Below are positions 27,813 through 36,062 of a stretch of 64,000 nt of DNA, in pieces. Position numbers and translations under genes: made by a program. Position 1 is the first letter of the stretch. Each line of letters opens with the position of its first letter. Source of the DNA: an uncultured Dehalococcoidales bacterium. Its GTDB lineage: Bacteria > Chloroflexota > Dehalococcoidia > Dehalococcoidales > E44-bin46. Location of the stretch: contig CAYHAL010000003.1 of NCBI GenBank assembly GCA_964354655.1, positions 3,670 through 67,669 of the forward strand, in the 5' to 3' direction. A model generated the notes under the pieces. It did no database searches. It was given only the letters and a program-made list of their open reading frames with translations, and was not told the DNA's origin.

Positions 27813-28565
27813 TTATCTAGCCTTAAGACCCCGCTGGATCCATTCCCTTTCCCCCTCAACGCACTTTTGGGTTGACTTCTCTCGCACCGTGCCAAGGGGC
27901 ATAGCACAGGCATAAGACTTCCGCGGGTCCATCATGCACGACTCAGTGAGGTGCACTCCGATGTGGCTTCCGTCGACAACGGTGAATAACTTCTTCTGTT
28001 CCCGCGTGTCCCAATCTCCGTAACCAGGACTCCACCAGTAGACTACTACCCCACCGCAATCTCTATATGCCGGACACTTCTTGCCGATACAGATGCCGTG
28101 GGTGATTGCTTGATAGCCCTCGGGGCGGACATGGTCTTGGATTATCTCCCTCACCTTATAGGCCATGATATCCACAGCCGCTGAGCCAAACATATCCAAA
28201 ATATATCCCAGAACAGAATCCCCACCCTGGATAAGCTTCATAGCCTCCTCCTCCACACGCGGTCCAATGGTGATTATAAAAGCGGCTAGCTCTTTTGCCT
28301 CACGATGGCGAAGCGCCAAATCCCGGCTGTCAAATGAAACACCACCCTCGACCTCTACAGAAGAAGAGGTTACTCTCCCTATTTGGGAAATACCGTAACA
28401 CGCTACCGGCTCTAGTAGGGTCGGCCCAATCTCCATTGCCTGGTGAAAGACTTTTTGAATAGCCGGTGATGCTTGACTCGAGTTAGGATAGCCCAAATAA
28501 CGCCACACCTCATCTGAGCTTACCTCCACGTTTGAGAACTCAGCCTCAGGTACTATCTGAAGCAT
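27813..28565 (-). CDS. MetH activation-domain-like protein (vitamin B12-dependent methionine synthase activation region family)
   Basis: 250 aa with EVWRYLGY near the N-terminus and SPGYGDW...LF...IGVHLTESCMMDPRKS near the C-terminus. Both resemble the Met_synt_B12 domain, as recalled from memory. Confidence 0.5.
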   Translation of the reverse strand: MLQIVPEAEFSNVEVSSDEVWRYLGYPNSSQASPAIQKVFHQAMEIGPTLLEPVACYGISQIGRVTSSSVEVEGGVSFDSRDLALRHREAKELAAFIITIGPRVEEEAMKLIQGGDSVLGYILDMFGSAAVDIMAYKVREIIQDHVRPEGYQAITHGICIGKKCPAYRDCGGVVVYWWSPGYGDWDTREQKKLFTVVDGSHIGVHLTESCMMDPRKSYACAMPLGTVREKSTQKCVEGEREWIQRGLKAR

Positions 28566-28586
28566 AGCCCCCTCCTTTATCTCACT

Positions 28587-29390
28587 TTAACTCATTTTGC
28601 TTCTTACATACCGAACATATTGAAGACAGTGGGCATCAATCCCTAATAGAGCTTCTGAGGCTCGCAGGATGTTTTTCATTTCTTCATCCTTGGGATTAAT
28701 AACAGCCATATCCAATCCTGCCTCAAGAAGCATGGCTAAAAAGGCTTGGTTGAGCAGGGTGCGGCTGGGTAATCCAAAGGAGACATTGGATAACCCTGTT
28801 GTTGTCTTCACCCCTCGGCTCCCATAGCACCTCTTGATCTCCCGTATGGTATTGATGACAACACGGGCTTGGTCTGGATTACTCCCGATGGACATCACTA
28901 AAGGGTCTATGAACAACCGCTGCAGACTTACTCCGGCTTCTTCTAGAGTATTAATTAGCTGTTCGACTTCCTGAAGGCGCTCCTCCACGGTGTTAGGCAT
29001 CCCCGTCTTTCCCCCCATGGTCAGACCGATAATATCGGCATCGTACCCTTTAACAATGGGGATGAGCCCCTGTTGTAGTCTAGGGTCATTATTGATGGAG
29101 TTGATAACAGGGCGGGCTCGACAAAGCTTTAGTCCTGCTGCCATAGCCTCAGGTTTAGGGGTGTCGATGGCTAGGCGTACCTCTCCCACCTCATCATAAA
29201 TAAGCCCAATCACCCACTTCATGTCATCAATCTCCTGCTCCATGCTGGTAGCAGTATTAATATCAAGAATGTCAGCCCCAGCCTCTACCTGCTCTCGGGC
29301 AAGACGCCGGATAGTAGCTTCATCCTTGGCTTGAAGAGCCTCCTTGACCGCTTTTCGCGTCGAGTTCAATAATTCTCCAATAATTAACAC
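28587..29390 (-). CDS. Pterin-binding methyltetrahydrofolate:corrinoid methyltransferase (MeTr/MtgA/AcsE-like)
   Basis: 267 aa of DHPS-like pterin-binding barrel: IIGELLNSTRK, GADILDINT and TTGLSNVSFGLP. Confidence 0.75.
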   Translation of the reverse strand: MLIIGELLNSTRKAVKEALQAKDEATIRRLAREQVEAGADILDINTATSMEQEIDDMKWVIGLIYDEVGEVRLAIDTPKPEAMAAGLKLCRARPVINSINNDPRLQQGLIPIVKGYDADIIGLTMGGKTGMPNTVEERLQEVEQLINTLEEAGVSLQRLFIDPLVMSIGSNPDQARVVINTIREIKRCYGSRGVKTTTGLSNVSFGLPSRTLLNQAFLAMLLEAGLDMAVINPKDEEMKNILRASEALLGIDAHCLQYVRYVRSKMS

Positions 29391-29461
29391 TTCGTCCCTC
29401 CTTTAATCGGTATCGGCTATTTTACTCTCTCTCCGTTTTCCTATTCCTCGTCCTCATTATC

Positions 29462-29824
29462 TTAATCCTTAGCCCCCACCTCTCGTGTCTTTCCCCCCAA
29501 ATTGTCTAAATAGGCAATCCGGCGACGCTTAAAAACTGTTGCCGAATATTTTTCAATCTTCCATTTAGGAATTCCACATTTCTCGCATGTCCTAGAAAAC
29601 CATTTATTACGAAGCCATCGGGCAGCACGACTATTTCTAGAATCGTGTATCACCATCTGTTTATTACAATGAGTAACCACATAAGCATAAGAATCACTGG
29701 TAATTTCAAAGGTTTTGATTCCATGGAGAACTCCCCGCCGGGAAGGCCATAGTTTTATCTTTTCTACCAATTTAAAAAGGGGGACTCGTCTCCAATAGAT
29801 TTTTTTTCGTGTCTTACCCGACAA
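29462..29824 (-). CDS. pylSn: Pyrrolysyl-tRNA synthetase N-terminal tRNA-binding protein (bacterial split form)
   Basis: 120 aa with a TTG start behind GGGGGAGAGAG. Segments KLWPSRRGVLHGIK..., NSRNSRAARWLRNKWFSRTCEKCG resemble the PylRS N-domain (zinc-binding, basic). It lies immediately downstream of pylT. Confidence 0.8.
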   Translation of the reverse strand: MSGKTRKKIYWRRVPLFKLVEKIKLWPSRRGVLHGIKTFEITSDSYAYVVTHCNKQMVIHDSRNSRAARWLRNKWFSRTCEKCGIPKWKIEKYSATVFKRRRIAYLDNLGGKTREVGAKD

Positions 29825-29853
29825 CTCTCTCCCCCATTATTTTGATCAAATTG

Positions 29854-29925
29854 TGGCGGGGGGTCCGAGAGTTACACTCGGCTACACAAATTTAGAGTCT
29901 GTGTGATCTTTCCGATTAACCCCCC
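29854..29925 (-). tRNA. pylT: tRNA-Pyl (anticodon CUA), CCA encoded
   Basis: The minus-strand sequence is GGGGGGT-T-AATC-GGAAA-GATC-A-CACAGA-CTCTAAA-TTTGTG-TAG-CCGAG-TGTAACT-CTCGG-ACCCCCC-G-CCA. It has a 7-bp acceptor, one nucleotide between acceptor and D stem, a 5-nt D loop without GG, a 6-bp anticodon stem, a 3-nt variable loop and a non-canonical T loop. These are the published hallmarks of tRNA-Pyl. Confidence 0.9.
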
Positions 29926-29940
29926 GTTTTTACCATGCCT

Positions 29941-30771
29941 TCACTGAACACAACTGGCATGAACAAACATGGTAGCCACACCAATCTCCAGCACATCATG
30001 AATCAAACGCTCTTTGACCAAGAAATAAGCCTCTTCACTTAATCCCAGCGGTATCCCGGGAGCAGCAATAAAAGTTTCTGGCTTGATATGTCTTGCCTGT
30101 ATAATATTAGCCGAAGGTGAAGCATCAAAAAATACTGTATATCGCCTAAGTGCCTCTTCTAGATTCCTTTCCACTGTAATTTCATGCCCTTTAACCAGTG
30201 ACTCCATTCTATCTTGATTAGGGTCAAAAGCTGCTACCTTCGCTCCCTTCTTTTTAAGAGATAAAACTGCATTCCAGCCCACCCGACCTGCTCCCCCAAT
30301 CACTAACACCTGGCGCTGGCTTAAATCTCCTGCCATGGCTTCTAATGCCGAAACATATCCTTTTGCTGTTGCCTCTACATTATCAATAATCCTCCTTAAG
30401 GGAAAGTTCAGGGCAATAAACCGGTTATCATCAGCCAAAAAAACAATGTCTGCGCCTTTCTCAATCCCTTCCGCCAGTCCAGCTATATCGCTATCCCTTG
30501 TTTTAAAAGCATTAACTCCAATGTGAATCAAAATTCCTTCAACCGCCTCAACAAAGTTTTCAATAACTCCTTGTCCCGAGGTTATGGGAACCACAGCTAC
30601 CGTATGGGAACCGATGGCAGCTCTTACCTTTTCTTCGCTGTCTTCTATAGAGCGACTGGCAATCTCTTTGAGTGACAAACCTGTTTTTCGAACTAACTCA
30701 GCCTCATAGGCAGGAAGTTTCTGTATTATATCCATTATATCTTCTTTTTTCAGGCGCGTCACCTCATTCAC
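29941..30771 (-). CDS. pylD: Pyrrolysine synthase (NAD-dependent dehydrogenase)
   Basis: 276 aa with the Rossmann motif VLVIGGAGRVGWNA. It is adjacent to pylT/pylSn and completes the pylBCD set. Confidence 0.85.
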   Translation of the reverse strand: MNEVTRLKKEDIMDIIQKLPAYEAELVRKTGLSLKEIASRSIEDSEEKVRAAIGSHTVAVVPITSGQGVIENFVEAVEGILIHIGVNAFKTRDSDIAGLAEGIEKGADIVFLADDNRFIALNFPLRRIIDNVEATAKGYVSALEAMAGDLSQRQVLVIGGAGRVGWNAVLSLKKKGAKVAAFDPNQDRMESLVKGHEITVERNLEEALRRYTVFFDASPSANIIQARHIKPETFIAAPGIPLGLSEEAYFLVKERLIHDVLEIGVATMFVHASCVQ

Positions 30772-30966
30772 CCTCTGGACGATGAAAATATACCAGCAAG
30801 ACCCACCCCTTCAGACTGGCTTTGGAAGCAGTGGGTCTTCCAAGGTAACTCTATCTTGAAACTTGCATCCCTTTCTTGGCTATCGAAAATTCTAACATAC
30901 CCCGCTCGCTCCTTGTCAAGCGCAGTAGCTTTCCCCCCTGATTCAACTCCTAGCTTTCTGAAGAGT

Positions 30967-30997
30967 TTGACAAAATCGATTCTAACGGTGTTATAAT
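30967..30997 (+). promoter_or_regulatory. Candidate promoter for mttB-mttC (extended -10)
   Basis: TTGACA (30967-30972), then TGTTATAAT ending at 30997. The spacer is 19 nt, which is long, so confidence is low. Confidence 0.3.
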
Positions 30998-31205
30998 GAA
31001 GCCAAACTGGTTAGTATTCCCTTCCTTTATAAGCCTGGTGCTGCGCTAGCACTGGGGAAATTTATAGCATAATCGGTCTTGCTGACGCTAGTGTAAAGGC
31101 AAAAGAGTGGATCCCAAAATGGTGAAAGGAGGTGAGAAATTAGGGTTAGGATTAATTTAGTTTCAAAATAGTGAGGTTAAAAAAATTAAAGGAAGGAGGG
31201 GAAAA

Positions 31206-32678
31206 ATGATTAGAGGAACGAGAGCCTCATATACACAACTTTCAGGCTGTGGTCTCAATATGTTTACCGATGATGAATTAGCTGAGCTGCATAGAGCCAC
31301 ACTGGATGTTCTAGAAGATGGCGGCATCATGGTGCTCAATGATGAAGCGCAGGAGATTTTCTACTCCCACGGCTGTAAAGTCGATAAGAAAACTAACATC
31401 GTCAAGATACCCCCTTACCTCGTCAATGAGGCAATAAATTCAGCTCCATCAAAGGTACTGCTTGCCGGTCGAAATCCCAAGTATGACATCGTCTTGGAAG
31501 GCACCAGGGTGGCAAACACCACCTTTGGTGTAGGCATAAAGGTGCTTGATTTAGACACGGGCAAACACAGAAACTCGACAAACAAAGATCTGGCTGAATC
31601 CGCAATATTAGCCGATGCTATTGAGGGAGTAGATGTTTTTACCCAGTCAGTGGTCCCCAGAGATGCACCTAGTCAGGTGGAAGACCTTATTGCTGCCGAG
31701 ACATGTCTTAGCAATTGTAGCAAACACTTCCACCATGTTGATATATTGTCTACCGAGAGTGTCAGAAGGTATTTTGACATGGGTGCTGCCATAGCCGGAA
31801 GCGCTGAGGAGATGAGGCGGCGACCGGTTTGTTCTATTCTAATCTGCCCGGTCAGCCCGTTGCAGCTTAGTCCTGAAGCCTGCGAGGTTATTATTGAATC
31901 GGCAAGGTTAGGCATACCCTGTAACATTTTGTCAATGGCGCTATCTGGGGGTACTGCCCCAGTCACCAATGCAGGAACACTGATAGTCCATAATGCCGAG
32001 GTGCTGGGGGGCATAACTTTAAGCCAGCTTACTAAGAAGGGAGCACCGGTAATCTATGGCAGCTCCACCACCATGTTCGATCTAGCCCTGGCCATCGCAC
32101 CGGTGGGAGCACCGGAAATGGGCATGATAAGCGCAGCGGTAGCCAAGCTTGGCCAGTATTACAACCTGCCGACTTATGTCTCCGGGACCTAGGCAGATTC
32201 TAAGGTACCTGATGCGCAGGCAGCTCACGAAAAAACGATAACAAATCTGCTGCCGGCCATCGCTGGGGCTAATCTGATTTATGGCATGGGTATGTTAGAA
32301 TCAGGACAGACTTGGAGTCATGAGCAACTGGTAATTGATAACGACATTGTAACTATGGTTAAACGGGTGATTCAGGGGATCGACGTTACCGATGATACAA
32401 TGGCCGTTGACATCGTAAAGCAGGCTCATAAGATAAAAGACTTCTTACATCAGAAACACACCATTCAGTTTATGAGAAGTCAATCAAGACCAAAATTGAT
32501 TGACCGCACTACCCGGGGAACTTGGGAGGCTAAGGGAGGCAAAGATTTAACCCAGAGGGCAAAAGAAGAAGCACGCAGGATCATAAAGACCCATCAACCT
32601 GAGCCTTTAAGCGATGATGTAAAGAAGACGCTACGCGAAATTGTTGACAGTGCTAGAAAAGAACTTGTACCTGATTGA
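31206..32678 (+). CDS. mttB: Trimethylamine:corrinoid methyltransferase with an in-frame UAG (pyrrolysine) codon at 32190-32192
   Basis: Track ORFs 31206..32192 and 32286..32678 share one frame. The only interruption is the TAG in ...YVSGT-TAG-ADSKVPDAQAAHEKT.... The joined product of about 490 aa has an MttB-family sequence (LNDEAQEI, ANLIYGMGMLESG). Confidence 0.9.
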
Positions 32679-32715
32679 TAACTTTCTAATAACCAGAAGA
32701 AAGGAGAGCACTACT

Positions 32716-33366
32716 GTGGCAAAAGCACAAGAGATATTAGCAGCGGCAAAAAAAGCCATTATTGACTACGATGTGGTTAAGGCTGAGGAGGTTGCCAGGG
32801 AGGCTTTGGCTAGTGGTGTTGATCCGGTGGCACTGATAGAAAAGGGGTTTACTGCTGGAATAGCTGAGGTTGGTGACCGTTTTGATAAGGGGGAGGCATA
32901 CTTGCCAGAATTAATATTGGCGGCTGATGCCATGAAAGCAGGAACAGCAGTATGTGAGGCGGCACTCCCTAAAGGAACAATTAAGGAAAAGAAGAAGGTA
33001 GTAATAGGGACGGTGGAAGGAGATATTCACGACATCGGGAAGTCAATTGTTGCTTCCTTTTTAGCCGCCAACGGATTTGAGGTTCACGACATCGGTAGAG
33101 ATGCTCCTGCTGAGAAATTTGTGGAAACAGCTCGTGAGGTAAAAGCAGATGTGGTTGGGGCTAGCGCTCTATTGACAACAACTATGGAGCAGCAGAAGAA
33201 GATAGTGGAAGCGCTGAAAGAAGCCGGGCTGCGAGATAAAGTTAAAATAATTGTCGGTGGAGCACCAACCAGCCAGGAATGGGCTGAACAGATCGGAGCC
33301 GATGCCTATGCTGAAAATGCTGCGGAGGCAGTAGCTAAGGTAAAGCAATTAACCGGTTTGCAATAA
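32716..33366 (+). CDS. mttC: Trimethylamine-specific corrinoid protein (B12-binding)
   Basis: GTG at 32716 behind AAGGAGAG. The GDIHDIGK motif is present. It is highly similar to 21267..21920. The track start at 32641 overlaps mttB and is unlikely. Confidence 0.85.
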   Translation: MAKAQEILAAAKKAIIDYDVVKAEEVAREALASGVDPVALIEKGFTAGIAEVGDRFDKGEAYLPELILAADAMKAGTAVCEAALPKGTIKEKKKVVIGTVEGDIHDIGKSIVASFLAANGFEVHDIGRDAPAEKFVETAREVKADVVGASALLTTTMEQQKKIVEALKEAGLRDKVKIIVGGAPTSQEWAEQIGADAYAENAAEAVAKVKQLTGLQ

Positions 33367-33513
33367 GGAAATCTTAGTTAAAGCACTCTGTGAGAGAATG
33401 GAGGGATTGCTATAGGCTTTAAGGCTGGCTAATTTGGGCTGGCCAGAAGCTATGAGGTCCGAAGAGGTCTTCCCATGATTAACAGCCTATAAATTTGTTG
33501 AATGGCTCGTGGA

Positions 33514-33541
33514 TTGACATTTTATAATAATATGGTATTAT
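33514..33541 (+). promoter_or_regulatory. Candidate sigma70-type promoter for ABC importer unit 2
   Basis: TTGACA (33514-33519), 16-nt spacer, TATTAT (33536-33541). Confidence 0.4.
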
Positions 33542-33627
33542 GAGAGGAATTATAAACGGAGGGAATGCCTATGATGGAATGAATAATATTGGGGTGTTGA
33601 GGATAGAAATTTTAGAGGAGGTTTTAG

Positions 33628-35100
33628 GTGAAAAGAAGAGAAACATTGAGACAAATGATTGTTGTTTCTTTGGTAGCAGCGGTGGCAATAATAATGATAA
33701 CTGGTTGTATGCCAACAGCAGCGCCAGTAACTCCACCGCCAGTAACTCCACCACCAGTAACTCCACCACCAGTAACTCCACCACCAGTAACTCCACCAGA
33801 GAAGGTAATCACAGCCAAGATAGGCTTCCTCGCCCCACTCACCGGACCAGTTGCCGGGTGGGGTCTCCCTGGACTTTACGGCGACTATATCTGGTGTGAA
33901 CAACTCAATGCGCAGGGTGGTATTGAACTCTCTGACGGTACCCATGTTTTGGTCGAGATGGTCCCCTACGATGATGAGTATGTCACAGAAAAGGCGGTAA
34001 CCGGTGGCAAGAAGCTGGTTCTTGAGGACAAGGCAGTCTTGGTTCAGATGCTGGGCGGAGCTGACGCTGCTGCCATTGTCCCCTGGTTTACCGACCAGAT
34101 GATGCTGTCTACTACGCTACTGCCCAGCGACCTTACCCCAGCCACACTCTACCACCTCGCTCCGATTGAGGTCTGTCCGTTCTACAATGCGGGCCATGTT
34201 GAGTGGCTGGCCGAGCATCTCCACGAATTTCGCCCTGACCTAACGGCAGATGGCATAACATTTGCCCAGGTGGCTCAGGACGACGAGCTGGGGCGACCGG
34301 GCATGGCGACGATGAACGCCGCTGCCGAGGCTGCCGGTATGGAGATTGTCTACTGGGAGCTGTTTGACCCCGAGACCACCGATTTCGCCCCCATCGTGAG
34401 CGAGATGATAGCCTCAGGGGCTGACATCCTCGACTGGGGCATCTCTTATCCCGACTATGTCAACCTGCTGACCCTACAGGCTTACCAGCAGGGCTTTACG
34501 GGACAGCTCGCATCGTGCACCCTTGATTTCTACGACGCTATCATTGAGAAGACCAGCGTCGAGTTCATGGAGAACTTTATCTGGCAGTTCCCCGACCTCG
34601 ACGACCCCATGCTGAATCCAAACCCCAACCCCTACGCCTTGATGAAGAACGAGGACTTCTGGGATGAATACCAGACGAAATATCCCGGCACTTGGAGCGC
34701 GGTGTCATATGAGTACATGTGCCAACTAGATGAGTGGATGCAGGCGGTAAAAGCGGCTGATTCCATTGACCCCATGGACGTATTCAAGGCTTGGAAGCAC
34801 CCAGAGGAAAACAACATCTACCACGTATTTGGTCGCCCAGCTACCTGGTGGGGCAAGCCCTTCTGGGGGATAGACAATGCCTTTATGGCTCCCTGGCCTG
34901 TGGTCCGGATGACAAATGGCAAGTCTCGCATCGTGGAATACCGCGACCAGCTTGACTGGTGGGAGAGAAACAAAGAGGTCATGGTAAAGTGGAACATGGA
35001 CCTTGGCGAAATGTGGTGGCAACGTATGGGCATCGACATGAAGGCAGGCATAAAGCTGTGGGGGCTGGAGGACGAATTCGACTGGCTGCTAGAGGAATAA
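33628..35100 (+). CDS. Liv-type ABC substrate-binding lipoprotein, extended 490-aa form, unit 2
   Basis: GTG start behind AGAGGAGG. Lipobox ITGC. The linker is (PVTPP)x5. It is paralogous to 13128..14639, including the Trp-rich C-terminal extension (WWGKPFWGIDN versus MWGIDN). Confidence 0.8.
   Translation: MKRRETLRQMIVVSLVAAVAIIMITGCMPTAAPVTPPPVTPPPVTPPPVTPPPVTPPEKVITAKIGFLAPLTGPVAGWGLPGLYGDYIWCEQLNAQGGIELSDGTHVLVEMVPYDDEYVTEKAVTGGKKLVLEDKAVLVQMLGGADAAAIVPWFTDQMMLSTTLLPSDLTPATLYHLAPIEVCPFYNAGHVEWLAEHLHEFRPDLTADGITFAQVAQDDELGRPGMATMNAAAEAAGMEIVYWELFDPETTDFAPIVSEMIASGADILDWGISYPDYVNLLTLQAYQQGFTGQLASCTLDFYDAIIEKTSVEFMENFIWQFPDLDDPMLNPNPNPYALMKNEDFWDEYQTKYPGTWSAVSYEYMCQLDEWMQAVKAADSIDPMDVFKAWKHPEENNIYHVFGRPATWWGKPFWGIDNAFMAPWPVVRMTNGKSRIVEYRDQLDWWERNKEVMVKWNMDLGEMWWQRMGIDMKAGIKLWGLEDEFDWLLEE
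33724..33798 (+). repeat. Coding tandem repeat, 15 bp x 5 (CCAGTAACTCCACCR), encoding (PVTPP)5
   Basis: Read directly from the sequence. Five head-to-tail units differ only at the last base of the first unit. The repeat creates the spurious antisense ORFs 33550..33945, 33569..33796 and 33624..33842. Confidence 0.95.
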
Positions 35101-35186
35101 GCCAGGTATAAGCTAGACAGAGCAGTACCTAGCCGGGGTGACAGGGATTAGTTACCAGCCCCGGCTAGGTTTGATAGGAAGTTTAT

Positions 35187-36062
35187 ATGGAACTTGCTCT
35201 ACAACAAGCACTAAATGGTGCGCTCCTCAGTGTTTTTTACGCCCTGATGGCGGTAGGGTTTACCCTCATCTTCGGCGTTATGGGCATAGTGAATCTAGCC
35301 CATGGCGAGCTCTATATGATCGGGGCTTATGTGGTATGGCTTACCTACGCCCAGGGCATCTTACCCTTCCCAGTAGCAATACTAGCCGGCGCTGGCATCG
35401 TCGCTGGCATCGGGATGGGCATGGAGCGCGCCCTGTTTAGACCGATGCGAGGGAAAGTGCTGATGGGCGCTATGCTGTCGGTAGGGATGATATTTATCCT
35501 GCAGGTATTTGTAGCCACCACCTGGCACGTTGGCTTGATGAAGAACATTCCCCCGGCGATAAAAGGGTCAGTTACTATTTTAGGTGCTATAGCTCCGTGG
35601 CAGAGGCTGATAGTAATCCCGGCGGCTGTTGCCTTGATTGGAGGGCTTTGGTTCTTCCTGAGACGGACCAAGCAAGGGCGGTCACTCCGCGCTGTCGCTC
35701 AGGACCCGGAAGCAGCCGCCTTACAGGGGATAAGCATAGACAGGGTAGGGCTTATTGCCATGGCAATAGCAGCGGCTCTTGCCGGAACGGCTGGTGGTCT
35801 GATGGGACCAATAATGAGGGTAGACCCCTATATGGGGCATACTGCCCTTATCATGGCTCTTTTTGTAACCATTGTCGGGGGACTGGGCAGCATTGAAGGA
35901 GCCGCGATTGCTTCCTTCATCTACGGCTTTATGATTGCTTTCATCACCGCCTACTTTCCTCCAGAAATTTGCAGCCCGGCAACCATGGCCATCATAGCCG
36001 GCGCCCTGTTTATGTTCACCATGCTAGCAGTCAGACCAAGGGGGATACTGGGCCGTGGCTAA
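35187..36062 (+). CDS. livH: LivH-family ABC permease, unit 2
   Basis: 291-aa polytopic protein with RAVAQDPEAAALQGI. Paralogue of 14723..15592. Confidence 0.85.
   Translation: MELALQQALNGALLSVFYALMAVGFTLIFGVMGIVNLAHGELYMIGAYVVWLTYAQGILPFPVAILAGAGIVAGIGMGMERALFRPMRGKVLMGAMLSVGMIFILQVFVATTWHVGLMKNIPPAIKGSVTILGAIAPWQRLIVIPAAVALIGGLWFFLRRTKQGRSLRAVAQDPEAAALQGISIDRVGLIAMAIAAALAGTAGGLMGPIMRVDPYMGHTALIMALFVTIVGGLGSIEGAAIASFIYGFMIAFITAYFPPEICSPATMAIIAGALFMFTMLAVRPRGILGRG

Noticed and set aside
30998-31205. Cobalamin riboswitch in the leaders of the corrinoid-protein / methyltransferase operons (for example GGTGC...GCACTGGGG and AATGGTGAAAGG in the mttB leader).
   Set aside because: These are only loose resemblances to pieces of the B12-box consensus (GCCACTG). 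The full set of conserved elements is not present. An Infernal scan would be needed to revisit this.
33550-33945. Three minus-strand ORFs and one + strand ORF (33540..33899) with repetitive WWSY / GGVTG / ELLVV / NSTTS translations. The periodic repeat could also be mistaken for a CRISPR-like array.
   Set aside because: All are alternative-frame readings of the 15-bp x 5 coding repeat in the SBP linker. There are no spacers, and the repeat is in frame within a well-supported lipoprotein gene.
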